64,000 nt of DNA. Source: Patescibacteria group bacterium. Its GTDB lineage: Bacteria; Patescibacteriota; Patescibacteriia; UBA1558; GWA2-36-10. Within the stretch, counting starts at the first letter, position 1. Each line of letters starts with the position of its first letter. Positions 9,293 through 17,353 of this stretch are shown piece by piece. Both the position numbers and the translations under genes were made by a program. The notes beneath the pieces are model-generated. The model made no database searches, had not been told where the DNA came from, and saw nothing but the letters and a program-made list of their open reading frames with translations. The DNA lies in NCBI GenBank assembly GCA_041662585.1, contig JBAZSG010000003.1, positions 33,011 to 97,010 of the forward strand. Reading direction: 5' to 3'.

Positions 9293-9321
9293 TTGACATT
9301 TATACTATATCATGCTAGACT
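9293..9321 (+). promoter_or_regulatory. sigma70-like promoter TTGACA-N17-(TGc)TAGACT for 9341..11149
   Basis: cattgacatttatactatatcatgctagact sits 20 nt before the ATG and is divergent from the minus-strand promoter. Confidence 0.45.
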
Positions 9322-9340
9322 GAGTAATTGATAAAAACAT

Positions 9341-11149
9341 ATGTTGGATAAAATTATAAATTCAAAAACTCGTCTAGCTATCTTGTCTTTATTTTTTAAA
9401 AATCAAGACAAAGAATTTTATGCTGGAGAGATTATCAAACAAAGCAATATGGATGCAGCTAATGTCCATAAAGAATTAAAAAATTTGGTAGCTGGTAAAT
9501 TTGTATTGCAAGAAGATAAATCAAGTAGAAAATATTTTTCTTTAAATAAAGATAATATTTTTTATAATGGTTTGGATAAGGTATTTAGTCAATATAAAGT
9601 ATCCATATCTGGAGATGTGTGGTTTTCTTTGGAATCAATGCCAAATTATTATCCTATGGTGGTGGCTTTTACTTGGAATGTAAAACGAGCCAATGATTTT
9701 TTACAAAGCCGTGGCTATAAAAATAAATTTACCAAACTACTCACTACCTATAACAATAATATCAATGATTTGCTTTTGATTAAAAAAGAATTTGACGACT
9801 TATCACAAGAAACTTTAGATAAGATTAATTCTGATCCAGATTGGGGGCATAGATATGTTGATGATTTATCACAAGCCATCCCTAAGTTGGTTAAAGCCAC
9901 TAAAGATTTGGAAAAAGTAAATTTGGGCAAATTATCCAATGAAGAATTATATAATTTATATCAGGAGTATTATGATGCTTATGGACGTCTTCATAGATTT
10001 CACTGGGTACAAACCATCGCTGATTTTGGTGACAATTTGTTTTCTAAATATCTAATGAATTATTTGCGTCATAAGGTCAAAGATAGCCAATATTCTTTGG
10101 GAGAAGTCTTTTCTACTTTGACAACTCCGATAGAAGACGGTCAAGCCGCTAAAGAGTATCAAAATTTATTAGGTATCTTAAAAAATATAATAGCTGATGA
10201 AAATCTAAAACAATATTTTAAAGATACCGAAACTCGTATTATTTACAGAGATTTAAAAAATGTTAATAAGGTTGTTGATGAACAAATTTCTGAACATACT
10301 GGGCTCTATGGTTATCTTGGTTATGGTATGGCCGGCCCTGGTTGGGGTAAAGACTATTTTATTGATATTTTAGGATCTTTGGTCAGACAGAATACCAATC
10401 CTAGTGAATTATTGGATAATTTACAAAAAGACAAAATAAACATTGAAGCCAAACAGCAGAAATTTATTAAACAACTAGAGGTAGATGAAAAACATCAGCA
10501 ATTGTTTGAAGTAGCTAGAGGTTTGGTTTTTACCAAAGGTACTCGCAAGGAATCTATGTTTTACAGTTATAGTGTTATAGAAAATTTGTTTAGAGAAATT
10601 GGTCGCCGTTATTATTTATCGGTCAATCAGGTGAGATATTTTTATCCCCATGAATTTGAAGATTTATTGCTTCACAATAAATTTAGTGCGGCTAAACTAA
10701 ATGAGCGTTATAAATTTAGTTTGCAATATTCAGTAGGTGATTATCATCAAGATAAATTATTAGAAGGTGAAGAAGCTAGAAAATTTTTAGAAAATTTTAA
10801 TATTGTCAAAGAGGAAATCGTTGATATTAAAGTAATGGAAGGAGATTGTGCTTCTCCTGGTCGAGCTCGTGGTAGTGCAAAAATTATCAATATTCCCAAA
10901 GATATGAGTAAAATGGAACAAGGCGATGTGCTTATATCTATCGCCACTACTCCGGATTTAGTACCAGCTATTAAAAAGGCTAGTGCTATTGTCACTGACG
11001 TCGGAGGTATTACTTGTCATGCTGCCATTGTTTCTCGTGAATTGGGCATTCCTTGTGTTATTGGTACTAAAATCGCTACCAAAGCCTTAAAAGATGGTGA
11101 TGTAGTAGATGTAGATGCTACGCATGGTAAAGTTACGATTGTCCGGTAG
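9341..11149 (+). CDS. winged-helix (ArsR/MarR-like) DNA-binding domain fused to a PEP-utilizing-enzyme mobile domain, paralog 5
   Basis: N-terminus KTRLAILSLFFKNQDKEFYAGEIIKQSNMDAANVHKELKNLVAGKFV is a wHTH pattern. C-terminus ...ASAIVTDVGGITCHAAIVSRELGIPCVIGTKIATKALKDGDVVDVDATHGKVTIVR. Confidence 0.6.
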   Translation: MLDKIINSKTRLAILSLFFKNQDKEFYAGEIIKQSNMDAANVHKELKNLVAGKFVLQEDKSSRKYFSLNKDNIFYNGLDKVFSQYKVSISGDVWFSLESMPNYYPMVVAFTWNVKRANDFLQSRGYKNKFTKLLTTYNNNINDLLLIKKEFDDLSQETLDKINSDPDWGHRYVDDLSQAIPKLVKATKDLEKVNLGKLSNEELYNLYQEYYDAYGRLHRFHWVQTIADFGDNLFSKYLMNYLRHKVKDSQYSLGEVFSTLTTPIEDGQAAKEYQNLLGILKNIIADENLKQYFKDTETRIIYRDLKNVNKVVDEQISEHTGLYGYLGYGMAGPGWGKDYFIDILGSLVRQNTNPSELLDNLQKDKINIEAKQQKFIKQLEVDEKHQQLFEVARGLVFTKGTRKESMFYSYSVIENLFREIGRRYYLSVNQVRYFYPHEFEDLLLHNKFSAAKLNERYKFSLQYSVGDYHQDKLLEGEEARKFLENFNIVKEEIVDIKVMEGDCASPGRARGSAKIINIPKDMSKMEQGDVLISIATTPDLVPAIKKASAIVTDVGGITCHAAIVSRELGIPCVIGTKIATKALKDGDVVDVDATHGKVTIVR

Positions 11150-11215
11150 ACAAAAGGTCCATTGGACTTTTTGTTTTAAGCATACTAAAATTAAGATAAA
11201 TATTAATTTATTACT

Positions 11216-12154
11216 ATGGAATTAGTCAGAGATTTTAAAAAAATAGATAAAAATCATGTCGCTTTGGCTGGAGGTAAGGGGGCATCTTTAGGAGAAATGA
11301 CCAAAGCGGGTATTCCTGTACCACCTGGTTTTGTGGTTTTATCTGGAGCTTTTGACAGATTTTTAGAAGAAACAGATTTGAATGTAGAAATAGAAGCTAT
11401 TTTAAAAACAGTTAAACATGAAGATGTTAATTCTGTGGAAAAGTCTTCTTTAAAAATAAGAGATTTAATTGCTGATGCTAAGATGCCAGAGGATATTGCC
11501 AAAGAAATTAAAGTATCTTTTAAAAAGCTTGATGCTAAATATGTAGCTGTGCGTTCTTCTGCTACAGCTGAGGATTCATCTATTGCATCTTGGGCCGGAG
11601 AATTGGAGTCATATCTTAATACCACAGATAAAGATTTGCTTGATAATGTCAAAAAATGTTGGTCATCACTTTTTACACCTCGGGCAATTTTTTATCGTTT
11701 TGAAAAAAAATTACATAACACTAAGGTATCTGTAGCTGTGGTAGTACAAGCAATGGTGCAGTCACAAGTGAGTGGTATTGTTTTTACTGTTCATCCAGTC
11801 ACAGAAGATCAGAAACAGATGATTATTGAAGCTGGTTGGGGATTGGGTGAAGCTATTGTTTCAGGTATGGTTACTCCCGATGCTTATGTTATAGATAAAA
11901 CAGATTTTTCTATTGTGGATATCAATATTTCAGATCAAGCCAAATACATTATCAAAACTAACAAAGGCAACAAATTTACAGATGTGCCTAGTGATAAACG
12001 TGAAGAGCAAAAATTGTCTGGTGCTCAGATTGTAGAGCTAGCCAAAATTTGTGTGGATATTGAAAAACACTACGGCTTTCCTTGTGATATAGAATGGGCT
12101 ATGGAAAAAAATAAATTTTATATTACCCAGTCCAGACCAATCACCACTTTATAA
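11216..12154 (+). CDS. free-standing PEP synthase / pyruvate phosphate dikinase N-terminal ATP-grasp (PPDK_N) domain protein
   Basis: VALAGGKGASLGEMTKAGIPVPPGFVVLSGAF matches the PpsA N-terminus (GGKGANLGEL..GxxVPxGF). Only 312 aa, with no swivel and no PEP-binding domain. Confidence 0.7.
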   Translation: MELVRDFKKIDKNHVALAGGKGASLGEMTKAGIPVPPGFVVLSGAFDRFLEETDLNVEIEAILKTVKHEDVNSVEKSSLKIRDLIADAKMPEDIAKEIKVSFKKLDAKYVAVRSSATAEDSSIASWAGELESYLNTTDKDLLDNVKKCWSSLFTPRAIFYRFEKKLHNTKVSVAVVVQAMVQSQVSGIVFTVHPVTEDQKQMIIEAGWGLGEAIVSGMVTPDAYVIDKTDFSIVDINISDQAKYIIKTNKGNKFTDVPSDKREEQKLSGAQIVELAKICVDIEKHYGFPCDIEWAMEKNKFYITQSRPITTL

Positions 12155-12171
12155 ATTTTATATAAAAGAAA

Positions 12172-12198
12172 AGAGCCCAGTTGTTTAGACAGGGCTCT
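12172..12198. terminator. bidirectional rho-independent terminator hairpin (agagccc..gggctct)
   Basis: The inverted repeat is flanked by an A-run upstream and a T-run downstream. Confidence 0.55.
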
Positions 12199-12221
12199 TT
12201 TAAATTCGCGGTGTTGGCGAA

Positions 12222-12719
12222 TTATACCTCGGTTTCGCCGAGTTGGTCGAGAATCGACCAGCCGATTTCACCGTTTTCGTCGATGGTGATCTCGATGACT
12301 GAGCCGCTTTTGGCGGCTTCTATACCCAGAGACTTGGCAAATGGTCTGCCGGTGCATAGCACAGCCCCATCGGGCAGAGACTCCAGGAAAGCAGGAATGG
12401 CGGGCGCCATATCAGCGATGCCGGTGTAGGCATCATAGGCACAGTGGTTGCCGTCGGCAAAGACGATGGTCGGCTGACCATCGATCATGTCGAGCGACGT
12501 GGCGTCACCCAGAAGCAGAGTTGAGCGGGTCATGGTCAGACCCAGTGTGGCAGCAACGTGCCGATGTCGGCGACCAGTGCCGCATATTACAGCCGCAGGA
12601 TTTTCAGGGAGGAGTCCCTTGAGGGACTCAATCTGATTTACTCCTTTGAGAGTCATCAGGGGGTCAGCCCCATCGCTCTTGTCGCCGTGCAATACGGCGA
12701 AAAATTGATTGACTTTCAC
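12222..12719 (-). CDS. GC-rich SixA-like (phosphohistidine phosphatase-type) histidine phosphatase family protein, GTG start
   Basis: GC3-rich codons. FFAVLHGDKSDGADPLMTLKG ... VICGTGRRHRHVAATLGL has the same layout as SixA (IMRHGDA...RPLT.NG ... VLVSPFLRAEQT), but with L in place of the catalytic R. Confidence 0.4.
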   Translation of the reverse strand: MKVNQFFAVLHGDKSDGADPLMTLKGVNQIESLKGLLPENPAAVICGTGRRHRHVAATLGLTMTRSTLLLGDATSLDMIDGQPTIVFADGNHCAYDAYTGIADMAPAIPAFLESLPDGAVLCTGRPFAKSLGIEAAKSGSVIEITIDENGEIGWSILDQLGETEV

Positions 12720-12766
12720 TTTTTAGCCTTTCTTTTGGGTTGTAGGGTACTTGATTTTAATATAAT

Positions 12767-12795
12767 ATTATAGCATATTTTTATACTTTTGTCAA
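12767..12795 (-). promoter_or_regulatory. sigma70-like promoter TTGACA-N17-(TGc)TATAAT for 12222..12719
   Basis: The reverse complement reads ttgacaaaagtataaaaatatgctataat. Confidence 0.5.
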
Positions 12796-12845
12796 TGATA
12801 GTATTTTTTTAAAAATAATTATTTTGAGGTGGTGTTTTATTGCTA

Positions 12846-12874
12846 TTGACAATAATCACTATATATGCTAATAT
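12846..12874 (+). promoter_or_regulatory. consensus sigma70 promoter TTGACA-N17-TAATAT
   Basis: ttgacaataatcactatatatgctaatat. It drives the GC-rich transcript that ends at the 13286-13319 terminator. Confidence 0.5.
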
Positions 12875-13027
12875 ACAAAATACTTTGATTTTGTAGTGTC
12901 TATCGCTTGTATAAGCAAGGACACTCAAGTCAGGGTAGTATCATTACAATCAAAAAAGGTTGCGACCAAAAGTTGGTTGCAACCAAACAAACACTGAAGT
13001 TGGCCAAGCAGGCCAAGGAGGTTCTTG

Positions 13028-13120
13028 ATGCGTACCTACAAGAAGCATCACTCGCCCCCGTCCGTGGTTTTTACGAATATTATCACCAAAAAGGCGAAGA
13101 AGACCGCCACGACGAGCTGA
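13028..13120 (+). CDS. small ORF MRTYKKHHSPPSVVFTNIITKKAKKTATTS with a perfect SD
   Basis: AAGGAGG lies 6 nt upstream of the ATG. The track's alternative 12907..13167 ORF starts with TTG inside the hairpins and lacks an RBS. Confidence 0.3.
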   Translation: MRTYKKHHSPPSVVFTNIITKKAKKTATTS

Positions 13121-13285
13121 CCGAGATCCGGCCGGCGGTCGTGATTCTGATGAGTATCAGAAAATAAGCTCAATCAGACAACGACCTGCCGAACGAACGA
13201 ACATCAAAAAACTGAATTCGCCGGCGCAAGCCGTACAAAAATGACGGCGATTTGCCGACGATTCAGCAGTGCTCTTCTGTGTATG

Positions 13286-13319
13286 CCGCCCCACCTAGCT
13301 AGGTCGGGGCGGTTTTTTA
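13286..13319 (+). terminator. strong rho-independent terminator (ccgccccacctag/ctaggtcggggcgg + T7)
   Basis: A 12-13-bp GC stem followed directly by TTTTTTATT. Confidence 0.7.
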
Positions 13320-13394
13320 TTGACATTTTTTCTTAAAATTGTTCAAATATTGGGTAGATTTTTTATAAATAATGTGTTAAAATAAGTACATAAT

Positions 13395-13754
13395 ATGTCT
13401 ATAATTCGCACCAGCAAAGTATTATATAAAGATAAATTAGCTTTTTGGCTAATTAATTTTTCTTTTTTGTCTATATTAGCCACTTGGTTTTTATTTTTTA
13501 TTAAAAGAATCAAATATGATCCTTTGGCTGTACTACATTACAATATTTACTCGGGGATTGATATTTTGGGTGCTTGGTACATACTTTTTATTATTCCGGT
13601 TTTAGTTTTAATTGTATCATTTTTAGATTTCTTTTTAGCGGTATTACTTTGGACTAAAGTAAGGGTCATGAGTTATTTTTTATTGCTTACTATTTTACTT
13701 ATAAATGTTTTTATGTTTTTATTTTTATATAATATATTAAATTACAATTTATAA
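13395..13754 (+). CDS. small integral membrane protein (3 predicted TM segments), unknown function
   Basis: Highly hydrophobic 119-aa ORF immediately upstream of mraY. Confidence 0.4.
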   Translation: MSIIRTSKVLYKDKLAFWLINFSFLSILATWFLFFIKRIKYDPLAVLHYNIYSGIDILGAWYILFIIPVLVLIVSFLDFFLAVLLWTKVRVMSYFLLLTILLINVFMFLFLYNILNYNL

Positions 13755-14806
13755 TGCCTTCATTTGAAATAATCAAAGTTTTGACTTTGGCCACCGTAGC
13801 TTTTGCTTTATCTATGTTGCTTACACCAGCTTGGACTCATTTTCTTTATAAGTACAAATTGGTCAAAAATGTTCGTGATGATAATACTACTCCAATATTT
13901 TCCAAATTACACAAAGGTAAATCAGGTACCCCTACTATGGGTGGAGTGCTTATTTGGTTGACGGTTTTGATTTTGGCTATTGTTTTTTGGCTTATTCATA
14001 TTTTTTGGCCAAATACTATATTGGCTGGTTTTGATTTTTTGACTCGTGAAGAAACATATTTGCCTTTAGGCGCTTTGGTAGCGTCAGCTATTGTTGGTTT
14101 GGTAGACGACTGGTTCAATGTTTCTCGTCAGGGAGGTGGAAAAGGTGGTGGTTTGACCGTCAAACACCGTCTTTTTATTTATACTTTGATCGCTTTATTT
14201 GGAGCAGGCTGGTTTTATTTCAAATTAGATTGGGATGTAATCCGTGTACCATTTTTAGGAGTTTTTGAAATGGGCTGGTGGTTTATCCCGTTTTTTGTTT
14301 TTGTGTTGGTAGCCACTGCTTTTTCAGTAAATGAAGCTGATGGTTTGGACGGCTTGGCTGGTGGTATAGTGTTGGCTGCTTTTTCAGCTTATGGCACGAT
14401 TTCTTTTGTGCAAGGAAACTACAATATGGCTGCGTTTTGTGGAGTAATCTCTGGAGCTTTACTTTCATTTTTATGGTTCAATATAAATCCAGCTAGATTT
14501 TTTATGGGTGATACTGGAGCCATGTCACTAGGAATTGTTTTGGGTATTGTAGCCATGTTGACAGGCTATCCATTACTTTTGCCAATCATTGGATTTTTAT
14601 TATTATTAGAATCTTTATCAGTTATTATTCAAATACTTTCTAAAAAAATTCGTCATAAAAAAGTTTTTTTATCTACACCAATTCATCATCACTTTGAAGC
14701 TCAAGGATGGCCAGAAACAAAAATTGTAATGAGGTTTTGGGTTATAGCTGGTGTTTTTGCAGTACTAGGACTTATTATTGCCATTATTGATTTATCTTTA
14801 TGGTAA
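13754..14806 (+). CDS. mraY: phospho-N-acetylmuramoyl-pentapeptide transferase
   Basis: Polytopic membrane protein with MraY motifs (GTPTMGG, VDDW, the D-rich loop ADGLDGLAGG) in the dcw gene order. Confidence 0.85.
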   Translation: MPSFEIIKVLTLATVAFALSMLLTPAWTHFLYKYKLVKNVRDDNTTPIFSKLHKGKSGTPTMGGVLIWLTVLILAIVFWLIHIFWPNTILAGFDFLTREETYLPLGALVASAIVGLVDDWFNVSRQGGGKGGGLTVKHRLFIYTLIALFGAGWFYFKLDWDVIRVPFLGVFEMGWWFIPFFVFVLVATAFSVNEADGLDGLAGGIVLAAFSAYGTISFVQGNYNMAAFCGVISGALLSFLWFNINPARFFMGDTGAMSLGIVLGIVAMLTGYPLLLPIIGFLLLLESLSVIIQILSKKIRHKKVFLSTPIHHHFEAQGWPETKIVMRFWVIAGVFAVLGLIIAIIDLSLW

Positions 14807-16212
14807 ATAGTTTTAAAGGAAAAAAAATATTGGTAATGGGGCTAGGTCTCCATGGTGGAGCTTTGTCGGTTGTAAAATGGTTATTAAAACACCAAGCCAT
14901 TATCACTATTACTGACCTTAAAAATAAAGCACAACTTCAGACAAGTTTAAAAAAATTATCTAAGTTGGCAGGAGCAAGTAGTATAAAATACACTTTGGGG
15001 CGTCATGATTTGGCTGATTTTATAAATCAAGATTTGATTATTCAAAATCCTGGAGTACCAAAAGATAATCAGTTTTTAAATCAAGCTAGAGCCAATAATA
15101 TACCAATTATCAATGAAGCGGTGATGTTTTTTGGGCTTTATCCAGGCTCAGCCATTGCTGTGACTGGTACTCGTGGCAAATCTACCGTCTCTACTTTGAT
15201 TCACAAAATAATCAAAACAACTATAAAAAGTAATGTAGTTACTGGTAATATTGCCACTACTCCTATGTTTGATGTTTTGAGCAAACTCAAGATAAATTCT
15301 TTACCAGTAATTGAGCTTTCTTCTTGGCATTTAGAAACAATGGATGATTATAAGATCTCCCCACATATTGCTGTAGTGACCAATGTTTTAAATGATCATT
15401 TAAATAGATACAAAAATTTTACTGATTATAAGCAAGCCAAAAGAGTAATTTTAAAATATCAAAGTAAAAAAGACAAAGTAATTTTAAATGCTGATAATCT
15501 TTTTAGTCGATCTTTTGCTAAACAGGCCAAAGCAAGTGTTTATTTTTATTCTCTAAATAAAAAAGTAAGAGGTGTTTATCTAAGTAAAAATAAAATTTAT
15601 TTTAAGGATAAAACTAAAGCATCTTTTGTAATGAGTATAGATTACATAAAGCTTTTAGGTAAACACAATTTATCAAATATTTTAGCAGCTATTTGCGTAG
15701 CTAAAATAGTGGGCATAAACAACAAAAATATTTCTAGAGCCGTTAATGCTTTTAAAGGTGTAGATTATAGATTAGAGTACAAAACAACTATAAATGGTAT
15801 TGATATTTATAATGATTCTACATCTACTACTCCAGATGCAAGTCTCGCAGCGATTGAAGCGATGGGTAACAAAAAAATTATTTTGTTGGCTGGTGGTGAA
15901 GATAAAAAATTGGATTATCAAAAATTGGCCAAGAAAATAAAAACAAGAGTAGCTTATACCGTGTTACTTGATGGTAGTGCTAGTAACAAACTCAAAAAAG
16001 CACTTAAAAAAATAAAATATCCACAAGACAAAATATTTTCAGATATAGCTACTTTGAAAAAAGCATTTGCTATAGCTTGGCAACAAAGAAGTAGAGGAGA
16101 TGTTATTTTATTTTCTCCTGGAGCAGCTAGTTTCAACATGTTTAAAAATGAGTTTGACAGAGCGCGTCAATTTGATGCTTTGATATATGCACAGCAGAAG
16201 AAGAAACAATAG
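14800..16212 (+). CDS. murD: UDP-N-acetylmuramoylalanine--D-glutamate ligase
   Basis: KKILVMGLGLHGG Rossmann motif and TGTRGKSTVS P-loop. Positioned after mraY as in the canonical dcw order. Confidence 0.8.
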   Translation: MVNSFKGKKILVMGLGLHGGALSVVKWLLKHQAIITITDLKNKAQLQTSLKKLSKLAGASSIKYTLGRHDLADFINQDLIIQNPGVPKDNQFLNQARANNIPIINEAVMFFGLYPGSAIAVTGTRGKSTVSTLIHKIIKTTIKSNVVTGNIATTPMFDVLSKLKINSLPVIELSSWHLETMDDYKISPHIAVVTNVLNDHLNRYKNFTDYKQAKRVILKYQSKKDKVILNADNLFSRSFAKQAKASVYFYSLNKKVRGVYLSKNKIYFKDKTKASFVMSIDYIKLLGKHNLSNILAAICVAKIVGINNKNISRAVNAFKGVDYRLEYKTTINGIDIYNDSTSTTPDASLAAIEAMGNKKIILLAGGEDKKLDYQKLAKKIKTRVAYTVLLDGSASNKLKKALKKIKYPQDKIFSDIATLKKAFAIAWQQRSRGDVILFSPGAASFNMFKNEFDRARQFDALIYAQQKKKQ

Positions 16213-17353
16213 TTTTATAGAATGGTTTTTACAGCCATTTACCAGCAGACGGACTGATGGGCATCAGCCAGATTTTGTTTTATTGATTATTATTGCTTTG
16301 CTATTATTTTTTGGTTTAGTATTTTTATCATCAGCTTCTTCTGTGTTGGCTTTTTATGAATATCAAGATACTTATCGTTTTGTAAAGCAACAAATTATCC
16401 ATGGTATTTTACCAGGTTTGTTGCTGTTTTATATAGCCATACGTATCAATTATATATATTACAAAAAATTAGCTTGGCTTGCTTTACTGGGATCTTTTGG
16501 ATTATTGATTTTAGTTTTTTTTACTAGCCTTGGAAGTTCTTATAGCGCTCAGTCTTGGATAGTTTTTGGTAGTATTTCTTTTCAACCTTCAGAATTGGTA
16601 AAATTATTTTTAATTATTTTTTTGGCAGCTTGGTTTGAAATAAAAGGCAATGACATAAAAGAATTTAAGAAGACAACTATACCTTTTATAATTATTATTG
16701 CTTGTATTGGTTTTTTAATTATCAAGCAGCCAGATATTGGTACTTTGAGTATTATTGGGATTACAGCCTTAGCTATGTATTATGTGGCTGGAGCTAGACT
16801 GACTCATTTAGGCCTAATACTAGCAGCTGCTTCTGTTACTTTTGTGGTTATGATTAAAGCAGCACCATATCGTATGAATAGAATAGTTGCTTGGCTCAAT
16901 CCCAATGTAGATCCACAGGGTATTGGTTGGCAAATAAAACAATCACTTATTGCTGTTGGTTCTGGTGGTTGGATGGGTTTGGGGATTGGATCTTCACGTC
17001 AAAAATCATATTTACCTCAACCAGCCAACGATTCTATATTTGCAATTATTGCCGAAGAGATTGGTTTTCTTTTTTCTTTAGCTTTTATTATTTTATTTAT
17101 AATTTTGATTCACCGTGGTTTTCAAATAGTCAGACAATCAGATGATACTTTTGCCAAACTATTAGCATTGGGCATTACGACTTGGATGGCTTTACAGATT
17201 TTTATAAATATTGGAGGCATGCTCAAATTAATGCCACTGACTGGCGTGACACTTCCTTTTATGTCACTAGGAGGAACCAATTTAGTGGTGACACTTTTGG
17301 CTATGGGTATTTTAGCCAATATTTCAAAATTTACAAACCAGCATAATAGATAA
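16187..17353 (+). CDS. ftsW: SEDS-family peptidoglycan glycosyltransferase FtsW/RodA
   Basis: 10-TM protein between murD and murG with the conserved SEDS blocks (PSELVK, IGTLSII, GGTNLVV). Confidence 0.8.
   Translation: MHSRRRNNSFIEWFLQPFTSRRTDGHQPDFVLLIIIALLLFFGLVFLSSASSVLAFYEYQDTYRFVKQQIIHGILPGLLLFYIAIRINYIYYKKLAWLALLGSFGLLILVFFTSLGSSYSAQSWIVFGSISFQPSELVKLFLIIFLAAWFEIKGNDIKEFKKTTIPFIIIIACIGFLIIKQPDIGTLSIIGITALAMYYVAGARLTHLGLILAAASVTFVVMIKAAPYRMNRIVAWLNPNVDPQGIGWQIKQSLIAVGSGGWMGLGIGSSRQKSYLPQPANDSIFAIIAEEIGFLFSLAFIILFIILIHRGFQIVRQSDDTFAKLLALGITTWMALQIFINIGGMLKLMPLTGVTLPFMSLGGTNLVVTLLAMGILANISKFTNQHNR

Larger units (their letters stand above)
12881..13319 (+). ncRNA. candidate structured GC-rich RNA / structured leader + 30-aa sORF (class not recognised)
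   Basis: The promoter-to-terminator unit is about 435 nt. Nested inverted repeats GTGTC..CTTG tataag CAAG..GACAC occur at ~12895-12925. Tandem near-palindromes GGTTGCGACC / GGTTGCAACC follow. A TTGGC..GCCAA stem sits just before AAGGAGG. A long-range stem ctgaat(t)cgccggcg...cgccgacgattcag lies at ~13214-13266. Confidence 0.3.

Noticed and set aside
12907-13167. 86-aa TTG-initiated ORF from the six-frame track
   Set aside because: It starts inside nested hairpins with no RBS. A perfect AAGGAGG-ATG in another frame, or an ncRNA, explains the region better.
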